A stretch of 57,955 nt of DNA, filler included, from Basidioascus undulatus (Eukaryota): the NCBI GenBank assembly GCA_000826855.1. It is 4 parts of 4 records of this genome, joined end to end, with 100 filler letters (N's around TTAATTAATTAA, not from the genome) between each part and the next. Parts side by side here need not be neighbours in the genome. Positions count along the whole stretch, not along the records: positions 29,035 to 43,445 come from JTLS01000734.1; positions 43,546 to 57,955 come from JTLS01000735.1; 2 more parts are not named here. One strand, 5' to 3'. Position 1 is the stretch's first letter, and each line of letters begins with the position of its first letter. Both the position numbers and the translations under genes were made by a program. The notes under the pieces were generated by a model that saw only the letters and a program-made list of their open reading frames with translations, made no database searches and was not told where the DNA came from. Positions 36,043 through 48,901 of this stretch are shown here, one piece after another.

Positions 36043-38740
36043 ATGTCCGTTTCGTCCCAGCCTACTGAGCGCCGCAGCTCCCGCCGCGCGTCTATCGACC
36101 CGGACAGGCTCCTCCCCATGGTCCGTGGTCGTCTTCTCCCCCGAAGAGAACTGGGATGCTAAATTTGTGCTGGTGCGGGGAACAGCACAAGTGAGTTTCA
36201 TGGATGTGTAGATGGCGATGGAGGGAGGTGCGGAGGGTTGAGGAGGGAAGAGGGTGCTGATGTGCGGTGCGTGGACGATAGGATCGAGCCGCAGCCGGGT
36301 CCGGACTTCAACGTGTGCGTCTCGTTCCAGTCTCCCTAAATCATGAAGTGGAACGGTAGAGTCTAACGCTGGTGTTGCGGCGTGCGTGCAGTATGATCAT
36401 CGGTGCAGATGCGTATTCCCTCTCTCCGCCCTACCCCGTGCTGCTCGACTAACACCCCCCTCCTCCTCCACGCAACATCAACTTCGGTTCCGACGAGGGT
36501 GTATGTCCCCTTTCCTCTCCCCGACCCCTGTTCTTGCCCGCTGACACGTCAACCCATCCTACAGCCTTGGAACCACTCGCAGCGCCTCGAGCGCAAGTGG
36601 GGCACGCGCCTCAAGGTCGTCGCCCTCGTCGACCCCTCCACCGCACGCGCGAACCTCGAGCTCGACAAGAAGCGCAAGAGCTTCGTCGCGCCCGCGTACC
36701 AGGACACTGCTCGTGAGTACCTCCCTCTCCCACCCCATTCAAAGAAGGCGCCTGATCCCCTCTCGCTCTCGACACGCCGCAGACTACAAGACGATCCAGG
36801 AAGCCGTCGAGCGTATGGACGAGGACGAGAAGCCGCACGCGATCATCATAGGTGCGCCCGCGCAGTTCCGCGGGGGGACTCAGCCCGGTAGGGACCTCGA
36901 GCTGCAGCTGCTCGAGCACTTCCCCGGCTCGGCCCTCTTCGTCGAGAAGCCCGTCGCGACGGGCCCGAAGGAGGAGACGATCGCGGAGGCGAAGGAGGTC
37001 GGGCGCCGCATAGCGCAGGCGGGGACGATTACGAGCGTCGGTGAGTTGTGGGGAGAGGAGGGCAGAGGAGAGGAGAGATTCTGAGATGGTGTGGGATAGG
37101 GTACATGCTTCGGTACTCGAAGGCCGTGCAGACTATGAAGCGCATCTTGGAGGACAACGAGCTCGAGGTCATGGTGCGCCGGTCTCTTCTTTCTCTCCTC
37201 CCTGTCCCTCCGCTTATGTTCGACCTTCCTCCGCCAGGCCACCACCGCCCAGTACATCTGCGCGTACGAGAAGATCGCGTGCGTCCTTACCTCCCTCCCA
37301 CTTTCGCTCTCTCCATCCTTCCATTTGCGGACTTGTTAGGCTAACGTTCGTATTGGCTACAGCAAGGAGGACTGGTGGGACAAGGCGCGCACGCTCGGGC
37401 CGATCATCGAGCAAGCCACGCACTTCGCCGACCTGAGGTACGTTCTTCCTCTCCTCCCCCTCCTGCCTCTCCTCCCGCTCCTCTCCCACCTCCCTCTTCC
37501 CTCGCCTCTCCTCCGCATTCCTAACCCCCTTGCCCCCCTCACAGCCGCTATTTCGGCGGTGACGTCGACCTCGCCTCCGTGCAAGCCTCCGCGCTCGAGT
37601 GGAACGAGAAGCCGGGCAAGCTGCGCAAGGTCCCCATCGACGAGGGGAAGATCCCGCCCGAGCAGCGCATCCCGCGTGCGACGTCCGCGACGTGGAAGTA
37701 TGAGTCTGGCGCGGTCGGCAGCTTGACGCATGCGGTCGCGCTGCAGGGGACGGATTATTATACGACGTTGACTGTTTGTGCGTTGCTGCGTTGCTGCGTT
37801 GCTGCGTTCCTGTCCCCTTCTGGTGTGTTTGCGGGCGCGGGAGACTGAATAGGCGGGGGTGCGTTGGGTACTTTTGCGGGGACGCAGACGCCGACGGGTA
37901 CCAGCTCCGCCTTGTGGACCCGTACAACGACCCGCACCTCTACGTCCGCCGCCCGGGCTCGGATAGCGAGTGCGTCGATGTTTCCTCTCTCCCTTCCTTT
38001 CTTGACCCACTTCACCCTTCCCTTCGACCTCGTTTTCGTGTCCCCTCTGTCCTTGCCCCCTTCCCCTTCCCTTTCCCCTGTTCCCCGTACCCTTCCCCCC
38101 TTCTGCCCTTTTGTTTCCCTTCACCCTCCCTTCCTTTTCGCCTTCGGCTTTGCCTTGTCCCTTCCCCCTTGCTTGCGCTTCCCCGACCCTCTCCCTTCGT
38201 CCACTTTTTCACCCTTTTCCCATGTGTCCTCCCCTTGCCGAGGCCATATACTGACGACAGTCCCCGCTGCGACCAACAGGGAGATCCACCGCTTCCACGA
38301 CGACGACCCCTTCTTCAGCGAGATCTCCAACTTCGGCGACCTCAGTACGTCCCCTCGCTCCCCCCTCCCCCCGCCTCCCTCCCTCCCCTCCTTTTCTTTC
38401 CTCCTCTCCATATGGCCCCCCCTCTCCATACCAGCCAGACTACTGACTGACATCGCCCGACAGTCGAGTCCACCGCGTCGTCCCGCGACGCGATCGGCGT
38501 GAGCGAGGAGGACACCAAGATCCTTTCGTCGTACGAGGACGCCGTCAAGACGTACGAGTTTACGTGGGCCATCGTGCGTTCCCTTATTTCTCCCTCTTCC
38601 CTCCCCTCTACCCTCCCCTTCCCTCTCCCCTTCCGCATTCCGGCGCTTGTTTGAGGAACGTTACTGACGAGCGGATGGGGACGGGGTTTGTGTAGCGCGA
38701 CGCTAGCGAGCGCAGCAGGAAGAAGCCGGCGCAGGAGTGA
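36043..38740 (+). CDS. Gfo/Idh/MocA-type NAD(P)-binding oxidoreductase (fungal YMR315W-like family)
   Basis: Spliced: FNVMIIGAGNINFGSDEGPWNHSQRLE...ALFVEKPV...VGYMLRY...WWDK...GPIIEQATHFADLSRYFGGDVD...RIPRATSATWKYESGAVGSLTH...DGYQLRLVDPY...DDDPFFSE...ILSSYEDAVKTYEFTWAIR. Confidence 0.92.
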
Positions 38741-40024
38741 GCGCGAGAGGCGAGAGTTGGGGGAGAAGAAAAGAATGGAGAGAGGGAGAACGGGACATAG
38801 ATGTGAAATGCTTGATGTTTCTTGATGAAATGCTTGACGAGACTTTGAAGAGGTGTGGTCTGTGGGCAGGTTTGGCTTGCGTGTAAGGGAGGCTGTCGAG
38901 TTTGTGGGAGTGGGTGAAAATTTTCAAGGGGTGCTGATCGTCGAATAAGAGAGTCAGCGGAGCTGTGGAAATGATGCGAAGAGTTTACGAATAGTTTTAG
39001 TCCGTTGTTCGCGGCGCCTAGGCGAGGGCGTCCAACCTTCAAGGCGGTGCGGTCTGCGAGCGAGGAAGGGTTCGCCCCTCGCGCCTCGCACGCAAGAGGC
39101 AGGACGCCTGCCGCTGTAAACAGGAATGAGTCTTTGCACCCGATGGAGCGTTTTGAAAACGGTATGCGATACTTCGAGGTGCTCTTTCACCTTTTCGCCG
39201 CCAAGTTCGGCAGCACGGCCTTCCTTTTGCTGCTTGCGAGCGCAGGACGACGAAGGCAGATCATATCCTGGGAGTCCCTTGTTAACGAATTCACATGGTA
39301 GTATAGGGCTGTGTCAAGGACGAATGGGCTTCTTGGATTTTCTCCTATTGGCACAGTATTGGCGAGCCGCGAGCGACTCGCTGGGAACCACTCGTCTGAG
39401 CCTCGTCATCCAGAAACGACAAATCGTTGGCCTCGCTTCTTCGTTAGGTTAGAAACGCGTGGTCGATTGCTGGGTCGTCGCCGCCAAAGAAGCCTCGGTT
39501 CTCCGGTGTGCATTCAGCTCGCCGCCTCTTGCTCCTTACGCCCACCCAGTCCCTCACAGACCAACTCCCACTGCAGATCCTCCCTTCTCCTCTTCCGACT
39601 TGCGCCTAATATCCCGTCCTTCCCTCCATCTGCTCTCCACTCGTCACATCCAGCCCTGACACTTATCCTACCCGAGAGGACATCGAGGCGATGGAGTCCG
39701 TCAACAGGGTGAGCACATCTCCGGGATAAGCAAGCTGCGTTAGAGCGCAATGACCCATTTTTGGCTCTTTCCCGTTGCTTTCGAGATTGTACCCCGGCCT
39801 GTCCATCGCTCTCCACCTCGGCCCCAGCGCCCTACCTTCTGTTGAGCCTTCGGCCTCGACACAAGCGAGCATGGACTGCCTTTTCTGGGCACGAAGCCGA
39901 CCACTGATGCCGGGGCGTCCCTTAGGTGTCCCCGTCGAACAGCGTTTCGCCCGCCTCTTTCACTCTCCCATCCCACCTCCCCGCGGCGTTGCACAAGGTG
40001 AACTCCTTGTCGGTGGGAGTACGT

Positions 40025-40445
40025 CGCCTCTGCTAAGTGTGTGGGGGAAATCCGCAGTTGTTCTCGCCTGAAACTACCCCTCCACCCCCTCCCTCAACCT
40101 CAACGAGCGCTCTGCGGCGTTGAAGGCGTTGGGTATCGTGAGCTGCTTTCTGTTGGGAGACACGCAGCCTCAGCTTAACTTGTGGGAGGTTCGCAGTTGC
40201 CCCCTTTCGGTACTTCACCTTCTCTATCGCCCGGCTCGCTGATGCGTTAGAGACGTTGGGCCTCGTGAGCTGCTTTCCGGTGGGAGAGGGGCGGCCTTAG
40301 CTTAATTTGTGGGACGATCCGCAGTACTCGACTGTCAGCATTTCTATCCTCAGCCCCTCCCAGGTCTTTGTGGCGGCGAAACTCGTGAGCTGCTTTTCCG
40401 TGGGAGAGAAGTTGCCTCTGCTTGATGTGTAGGCGGTCGCAGCTG
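40025..40445. repeat. Degenerate ~120-125 bp tandem repeat (3 full plus 1 partial unit)
   Basis: Core GTGAGCTGCTTT(C/T)...GGGAGA...GCTT(A/G)A..TGT recurs at about 40138, 40265 and 40385. Confidence 0.75.
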
Positions 40446-41595
40446 TCACTCCCCGACACTCACGGCCCCGTCCTCCGGCTCCCGCCCACGCGAGAGGAAG
40501 CTACAAGTGTTCTGATCGGATTCTCTATCTCGGCTTTGTCAGGACTCGTCCTTCGGCATCGCCCTGTCGACAGGCCCGACCTCCGAGGCTTCCGCGATGC
40601 CGAGCAGTGTAAGCGGCACTTCGTGCGTCTCCGAAGCAAAGCACAGTGAATACTGATGGTGCGACTCAGGCACTCTCTCTCAGGCTTTACCCTCTATCGG
40701 CACCTCTCGCGCTTCTCCCTCTGTCTCGCCCAGCCCAAGCGGCAAAAGGCAACTTCAGTCTCCAACAAAGATGTTAGTGCAGTGCTAACATCACGGTTTG
40801 GGTTTAAACCTGGCAGATCCCGAAGACCCGTCCCACCGCGCCTCCGCCGCGCAAGTGGATCGCGCTCAACGCCTTCGCCGCGCGCCTGATCTCTTCTCTG
40901 GAGCTCTTCAATCTCTAAGGAATTGGCAGCTCCGTACTGCGCTTGAAAACGACCCGCCGGCCGAGGCGCGCCCGCCGCTGCGCAGTGGTTCGAGCACGCC
41001 GCGTTCGCGCTCCGGGAGTGCGGGGAGGACTTCGGGGGCATGGGCAAGGGCGGGCAGAGGTGGAAGGACGGTAAAGGCGGATTTGATGAGGGAAGGTGGA
41101 TGGTTTGGGAGAGAGGATGGGAGGAGCTGGCGGAGGAGACGGAGGGAGAGGAGAAAGACGTTTGTGAGCGCGCGCTGAGGAGGATGCGCGAGGCAAGGGA
41201 GGGAAGTAAATAGTTGCGCTTTGAAGGTCATCGGCGAAGGTCAGTCAATTCACAATAGTGAGCGCGCCTTTTGATCAGTTGTCGACTGCATGCGTTGATG
41301 CCGGGCCTTTTGAGCCGGTAACCAACATCATTTCACCATGCGTCCAATCGCAACGAATCGGAACTTTGCGCGCGTCAGTTCACGTCGTGCAGTGCACATA
41401 AGGCATCGCTATAGTGACAATACAGCCAGCGGAAGTGACTGCCAGTCACGCACATGAGCCAGACTTGTCCTCATTCATCGCAAGCATTCAAGCGTCTGTG
41501 TCCGTAATCAAACGAGATGTGCTCCATTTACGACTAGTCCTTCTGCAATCACACATCCTGCACGCCCAACTACGTTTGACCTTGACGGCAAGACC

Positions 41596-42100
41596 ATGGC
41601 AGTGTCCTACTTTTATGCAGATGACGGCTCTATCCTGACTCGGACGCATGCAGAAGCGGTGAGTCTCCTGGCACGGGCTGAGGCCTGGGCAGAGGAGAAC
41701 GGCATGCGCTTCAATGTCGCGAGTGTTGGGTGGTTTCTCGTGACCCGACACCGCACACTCTCTATAGACAGCCGCTTCAGTATGTCCCTGCCTATAAGTA
41801 CCTTGGCAACCCCCGCCGTGTAGGTGGAGCTGACTGGGCAGCTCGATGCGCTCATTTACAGTCAAGATGGATAGGCTCCTCCGCTTCTGCCGGTCCAAAG
41901 GTGGGCGCTGATCCCCTTGCACGCGGCTGACCATCTACAGGACATCAATCCGGCCCCTCATCGAGTATGCAGGGCCTATCGCCTGGCTCTCGGCCGGTAA
42001 GGTGCGTGAGCGCCAGTTCATGCTCGAGGACACTCATAGGGTCTGGGTTGATGCCGTCACCTTGGTGATTGCTAGCCGGCCGCAAGAAGCCAAGGTAGCA
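41596..42100 (+). mobile_element. Non-LTR (LINE-like) retrotransposon reverse transcriptase fragment, frameshifted
   Basis: FYADDGSIL...LLARAEAWAEENGMRFNV (RT domains 5-6), then PLQYVPAYKYLG (domain 7) in another frame, then IYRT.IRP..EY-like residues. Confidence 0.85.
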
Positions 42101-43445
42101 GCAGCGGTAAAGTCTTCCGCGCCATCGAAACCGCCGTCCGTCCAACTGCCGAACGCGGTCTTATCCCCACTTAGATAAGTCGTTCCCTTTTGCTGCCTGG
42201 TCCAAAGCTTTTCTCCCTCGGGGTTTTGCTGCTGGCCCAGCCTTTTGTCTTCACCCCCCCCGTAGTCTACCCCGCCTGTATACTCTTGAGGCCCACTAGC
42301 AGTGTCGCATGCAGAGCTCTTGTGCCTAACTAAATCACAGATGGAGGTGATGAGATCGCTGCGCGAGCGCAGAAAATCTGCAGTGGACTCAGACGCTGTG
42401 GGCCGAAGTCGGGAGCGAAGAACTATACTTCCTCGCAATCCTCTGGCAACACGAAACACCCCTCAAGTTAGGCCGACTGTCGACGCCGTCCATCTATCTG
42501 GACGAAGCTCAACAGCCTGCTCCAGCGCAGCGTCGGCGAGTCCCCATGCATTGTGCTGCTTCGAATCTGCTGGGCAGGGCGTGTGTCGTCGGCCTACTCG
42601 CCTTCTCCCCTTCCCCAGGTGGACATGCAGAAAGCGATACGGATGTGAAGCCGCGTCGATCGAAGATTGCCCGTGCCCCGGCAGAGGAAACGGATAGATG
42701 TGAGATGTGCGTTATGCGATGCGACACGCGAGCACTTCGCTCGGCTTGGATGAATGAGATGTTGGACGGGCCCAGAAGGGCGTGAGCTCGGAGCATCAGC
42801 GCGCTGTGCGTACCGCAGCACGGCAACCATCCCCGACCCTCTCCGGCGCATGGATCTGGACCCCAGAGCGCGGTGCGGAAACGGATAAGTAAAGCCCAGT
42901 CGATCGAGCGCGAGCTGGACGTTCGATGGCGAGGCGAAGGCGAGCAGGAAACGCAAGAGTCGATGGACATGCGATCGAGTCTTGAATCGACGCGATGCGG
43001 GAGCGAGAGCGGAGAGCGAGGGTATGAGCGAGTTCGGGAACGAGCACGAATGCGAAGTGCGACGGAATCCATCCACAACCCCCTCCCCTCTGCATCAGTC
43101 CTCCGCCAGCCATCACCACACATGTTCCTCAACCCACCATCGCATGCATCCGACCAATAAAGACTCTCCCGCACCCCGCTCAGAAATCCCGCCTCCTCCA
43201 AGTCCTCCACGTATCCCACGCAAGGCGCCAGTGCCGCACCTGTAGGCTAGGGTCGAACGCGTCAAAGTCGACTGACTCGAGGCGGGAGAGGTAGGACTGG
43301 GTTGGGACCTAAGTAGACCCATCTTCCATCTTCAGTATTGAACCTTGGGGACACGGAGAAGAGGAAGGGGAGGAGGAAGGGGAAGGGAAGGGGGACGAGG
43401 AGACGGTGGAGGGGAGGGGAAGGAGCGGGAAAGAGAGTTACTGAG

Positions 43446-43545
43446 NNNNNNNNNNNNNNNNNNNNNNNNNNNNNNNNNNNNNNNNNNNNTTAATTAATTA
43501 ANNNNNNNNNNNNNNNNNNNNNNNNNNNNNNNNNNNNNNNNNNNN
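43446..43545. other. Artificial contig linker
   Basis: N44-TTAATTAATTAA-N44. Confidence 0.99.
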
Positions 43546-44411
43546 GCAGGCGGGGATGTGCGGGGGAAGGGTAAGAGGAAGCTGATGGTGATGGTGAGAG
43601 GAAGGGACGCGTTTTTCGAGACAAGACATTTAAGAAACTCGGAGGGAGGGCGAACAGAGGCCTGGGATGAAAGGCGGGGGTGCAGCGGTTCAAAGGCCAG
43701 CGATGGGATAATGTAGACGCGAAGTGCGTATGAAATTAACGAACATTGTGGTGTTGGTTTAATTTGCTCAGAAGGGAATGTTACATATTCATCTGGCTCA
43801 AATGTGGCCCGACGCCACAGCACACTGTACACTGTACTCCTGCCGTTCATCAACACGGCTTAGTCAGGCGGCTTCTTCGAGCGCTTGTCGGTGCTGCCGA
43901 ACGCAATATGCAATGCAATATGCAATCCAATTGTCGTAGGATGCACAGAAACATGTTATGGCTGGGGGGGTATTCATCAAATCTCCAGTGACACTACTCA
44001 AGGCCTTTCTTCAGAAGTATGCTGAGCAGGCGAACGCACTGCATTTGCGAACACGCAGAAGGAGCGCAGGATGTTGTGGAGGCGACAGGACTGCACGTCG
44101 CACGCGTGCTGCCCATCAAACACACACGGTAGAAAGTCCGTGGGGAGGTTCACGAGTATCGCAGAGTATAGAACTCTCAAAGTCACCAAGATACAAACAG
44201 CCGCCCTCTCGTTCCACCAAGTAATCGTCTGCAGGTGAAGCCACACACAGTGGTATCGTTAAGCTTTGTGCGTGCGAGGCGTGCAAGGCTGTGTTCCGAG
44301 TCGCCCGGCTTCGTCCTGACTCGGTCACCACCGCTTCTTTCACTTGACCACTACTCCCATCTCCCTCCTCGTCAGACCCTCACCTTATATTCCATCACGC
44401 ATCACACCAGC

Positions 44412-45660
44412 ATGGTCGAATTTTCAACGCTCCCGTTCTACTTCTGACCAAAATCGCATCCCATCTCGTCCCCCCTCCGCAGGGGAGCCTCCGCGCACGC
44501 AAAAAGGCCGTGTCGCTAGCTGCCTTTTCGACTGTCAGCAGATATACCCCATGCAGCCGCACTCAATTTCCTCTTCGGCTCGGTCGTTTTTGATAGACAG
44601 AGCGGCGTGCGAAACTGGAGTCGTGGTGCGGGCATCCGGCGCTGGCTCAGCACCTGCAGTACGCCTGCTCTATCTACGAAGAAGGCGACCTGCATAACGC
44701 GGACCCAGATGGAATGCTTGGGAGGTATGCGGAGGGCCAGCTGCGGGAAGTCACCGAATACGCGCTGGGTTTCGTGGCTGCCGTCGCAGGCACTTCGGAG
44801 CACCTCGAGCTCGACATTTCGAGCGTTCATCGGTCGAGCGAACTGGCGCGCCCACTTTCTCAACTCCTCCCCTCTCTCAACCGTCTCCGGCACTTCGACC
44901 CCATGCTCTCCCTCGATCATTGCACCCTCTTTCAGCTCGATGCCATCCCCAAGACCGCCTACGTCTTCGCCGAACTTCGAAAGCTGCATCTTCGCCTATG
45001 TGAGAACCAGGAGATATACATGGTCCCGGACCCGGCTGCGGTGCCTTCGCACTCCAGCATCTGCGCATTCTCGAGCTCGGCGCACAAAAGTCCTCCAGGC
45101 GGGGCATGCGGAACTTGCTGCCACTGCTCAAGGACAAGCCGCTCACTCGTTTGAAGCTCGAGATTGATTGGAGCGTGGCTGAGCTCTTTGATTTGATTCG
45201 GCTTTTCCTTCCTCGGTTGGATGACCTTGATATGTGGTTTGAGGGGACGCACGAGGCGTTCATTCAAGTACTTAGGCCTTTGCGTACCTCTTTTCCTCGA
45301 TACCGCTGGTTTTTACTTCCCCTCCGCTTTCCTTGGGTGGCAGCCATCTGTCCTCTCCATTCTCCCCTCCTTCCAACATCTCCGCGCCCTCGCCCTTGAG
45401 ATCTCCGTCCCCGTCCACAAAAACACCGACCCCTTCACCTTCTCCATAACGTACAGGTCCTCCACAGAGGAGTGCGCCCTGTGGGCCGAGATCGTCTACC
45501 CGCGCATCGCAACCGCTGCTGAGACGGTCGCAGGCGCAGCGCCCTCCCTTCGCAGCTTGGAATGGAGGCTCGCTGTGGGTGAAGTTTAGGGTCTTGCGTA
45601 CGAAGTTGAGAGGCGCGCGGATGGAGCCGTACTGGTTCATGGGCCTATGGACTCAATGAC
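44412..45660 (+). pseudogene. Degraded F-box-like/LRR paralog (copy A)
   Basis: Starts MVEFSTLPF with an early frameshift/stop. Aligns by eye to 52199-53775 (GQLREVTEYALGFVAAVAGTSEHLELDI, LLKDKPLTRLKLEIDWSVAELFDL) but lacks several hundred bp near 44665. Confidence 0.75.
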
Positions 45661-46620
45661 TCGGGCGAGACCAGGGACGATGTGCTGGGACGGCTTACCT
45701 GTATTAGAGATGTTTAGACTGCCGCAATATTAACAGCGTCCCTCGCGCTAGCTAGAAAGCGTGCAGCGTGCAGCGTGTTTGAACAAAAAAAAAATTGACC
45801 GAGACCTTCACATTCAGATCTTATATTTTTCGTTGTCGTTTCTCAACTGAATATGGAGTAATGTTCTGTTAGGAAGACTACGGAGACCCAGTGCCTAGAG
45901 CTGAGGCGGTGACCGTTTGCGGATGTGCTTCCCGGCCTTTCGCGCTGTAACAACAAAGCAGAACGGAGAGCTATTCTTCCAAGTACAGGCTCTCCGCCCA
46001 GCGATACGGGCGTGGATACAGCTGAGGCATCTGCGTAGGCCAGCGACCGGTTGTCCATCTTCGCAGCCTCCCCTTTTGTATGCTTCTTCTTTCTCCAACG
46101 CCGCCTACTTACGTCCTTGGCACCAAGACCATCATCCAAAACTCTCTTTACCATTTTTAGGCCTTCCAGAAGACAGACAATAGTCAAGGGAAGGCTGTCG
46201 ACGGCTTCGAACGCATAACTTCAGCGCAGTACAGCCTTTCTGCGCCTGCAGTCCTACAGCGTTAGACGGGGTTTGCACAGTTCAGTCAATTCGCCTGCCA
46301 AGAGCTCGGCTTCAAAGCGTTCGTGGAGGAATGGGATGGCTGACGCAGGACGCAGCTGAGAAGGCAACGCATGCAGTCTCGTTCCATCTAAGCACGAACA
46401 CGAGCAGTCGCATTTCAAACGTAGTACAGATCTCATTTTCAAATCATGCGAAGGTGATATCAAAAAGCACATGCGACAAGTCAAAAGTACGGATCAGAAT
46501 ATGCAGCGAAGGTCAAGGCGGAGATGCAGCGAAGAAAGCAAGTCCCAAATGCAAGTCGAGCAGAACGAAAGAAAGCAAAAAAGGGCCTAAGGAGGGAGAG
46601 CAAGCGGTGGGTGGGGCAGA

Positions 46621-48044
46621 TCACCAGTCGATCTCCTTCGGGAAGTACTTGTCGATGAGGCCGAGGTAGTACGGCTTGAGCTTCTCGACGCTCGGAGGCT
46701 CGTCCGACTTGGAGTAGAGGTCATACGGGTTGAAGGCGAGCTGTTGTTGCGCTCCCACGAGTCAGCGTATGTTTCAAAAGAGAAAACAGAAGCGGAGTGG
46801 AGTGGCACAATAGGGAAGGGGGAGGGGGAGGGAGGGGAAGAGGGAGAAAGGGAGACGCACCACATCCTTGAGCGCCTGGTAGTCCTTCTCCTCCATCAAG
46901 TGGCGGTACGCGCCCTCGCGGTGCCACGGGTAGAACGAGTGGTAGCGGATCATGTTGAGCGCGGCGGGCGGGAGGGTCGACTGCGCCTTGCACACGTGGT
47001 AGAGGTACTCGTCGTGGCCCCAGGAGATCCTGTCGTGGCGCGAACAGCACGTCAGTGACGTTGTACAGGCGGGGTAGATGGTTGCAGATAAAGTAGAGGG
47101 AAGAAGGGAAAGGGAGAGGGGAGGGGGGTGGGGCAACGGGAGAAGGAAAGGGGAGAGGACGAACATGACGTTGTCGAGCCCGCAGTTGGGCGAGTAGATG
47201 CCGTACTCGGTCGAGTAGATGGGGTGCTTCGAGTCGGGGTTGCCCGCGAACGTGTCGGGGTAGATGATCTGCCATTCATGAACACCGCTTCAGTCAGTCA
47301 TGCAAAGAAAAGAAGGAAAAGTAGAGGGGGGAAAGAGAAGGCAAAAGGGGAGGGAGACGCACCCCGTCCGCGAACTTGCAGCCGACGACGAACGTGTCGC
47401 CCACGACGTCCCACTGCCCCTGCGCGCCGAAGAAGTACAGCAGCTTGCCGAGGTCGTGGATGAGGCCGGTGAGCTGCATCCATTCGGGCCTGGAACACGC
47501 AGTCAATACGTCAGCGTCCGACGGCGAAACAGCGAGGTAGATAGCGCGAAGAGGACTCACTTTCCGTCCCTCCGAATGGCCTCAGCAGTCTGCAGCAGAT
47601 GCTCGATCTGGCTGACGTCCGTGTCGGGGTCGCTCTCGTCGACAAGCGTGTTGAGCATCTCGATCGCCTCCCACACGCCCATGCGCGCGCGCGTCTTCTC
47701 CGCGTACTGCTTGCGCGCGTCGACGTTGAACGCCACGGTCTGCTTCTCATGCTGCTCGCGGTAGAAGTTCTTGACACGGTCGCACGCGTCGAGGTACTGC
47801 CGGAACTGCGTCTTGTCCTTGTCCTTGTCGAAGACGGAGGCGTCGTCCCAGGAGACCTCGCCGCCCTTCTGGCCCTTCAGGACGTTGACGGCGTCCACGG
47901 CGTCGGAGGTCGAGTCGAGAGCACCGCCGTCGCGCTTGAAGAACTTCTCGACTGTCCAAGCACACAGTATGTCAGTACCACTCATTCATTCGCCAGAGAC
48001 CCACCCCAGAACGTATGAAACACACCTTCAGGCGCGTGCACCAT
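46621..48044 (-). CDS. MIOX: myo-inositol oxygenase
   Basis: FRQY...VKNFYREQHEKQTV, LVDESDPDTDVSQIEHLLQTAEAIR, PEWMQLTGLIHDLGK, QWDVVGDTFVVGC, SWGHDEYLY, MIRYHSFYPWH, FNPYDLYSK, LKPYY..LIDKYFP..IDW*. The HD-fold di-iron ligand motifs are present. Confidence 0.97.
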
Positions 48045-48901
48045 GGTGGATGTCGACAGTGGAGATGGAGGAAAGCGAGATCTAGCGTTCTGCGTTTGCG
48101 ATAAGCCGGTTGCGGGAGGGTGTGTCTAGCTCGGCTGGTGTGTGCTGAGTGCGCAGGGTAAAAGTCAGGGACAGGAAGCTGCCATCCTCAAATCGCTTTT
48201 GTATGTTCCAGCATCTCTGGCAACGGCGGAAGAGCAGCGCAATCCGCCGACGCATAACCTCCGCAAAAGTGCGGGGTCTCCAGGCTCTCTCCGAGCAACT
48301 CGGAAGACCCGCCCCTCGGGCCGGTGGAGCGTGGCCAATCATAGGAGGGCAGAGTGCATGACGAAAGGTGATGGACCCCGGAGCTCGGACCGGTACGGTG
48401 CCTGTGCATCTGAACGTTTATCTCAATTATCTCGACTTTGGGAAGAGCTTCAGGAAGTTTGCGGATCGTTCTGCCTTTGAAAAAGAAGTGATTTTCACTT
48501 TCAAGGAGAAGACATGGAGATAATGGTGTTGAAGGCAGTTAAGAAAACAAGTCCGATTTCATCGGGAGTCGGCGACGAGTTCTTCCATGGGCAGCTGCCG
48601 ACTGTCAGAGGGGGCGGTATGATGCCGCGGCTCACACGGCGTGTGCTTGCAAGCCTTGACCCTCATCAAGTCCGATCTGGAGCATGCAAGTTCGCGAAGT
48701 TCCGTTCAAGTTGTTCTTTTTACTCGGGTGAAAGTAGAGTTCCAAAAAGCAGTTCGAGATTGGGGGTCGTTCAGAAGATCGCTTGAAAAGGCGCGGTCAC
48801 ACTCCGTGCCACAGTTTTCTTCTGCCATGGTATCTACTCATTCATGCTTCGAAAGTCTACTCGGGATCCTTGCCGCTCCGTAAGATCCGTCCTCACACCG
48901 T

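Noticed and set aside
37975..38240. Long polypyrimidine tract giving Pro/Phe- or Gly/Lys/Arg-rich ORFs
   Set aside because: Intronic low-complexity sequence typical of the GC-rich genes in this window.
42500..43220. 236 aa minus-strand ORF, possible kinase-like relic
   Set aside because: No intact kinase motifs; too degenerate to call.
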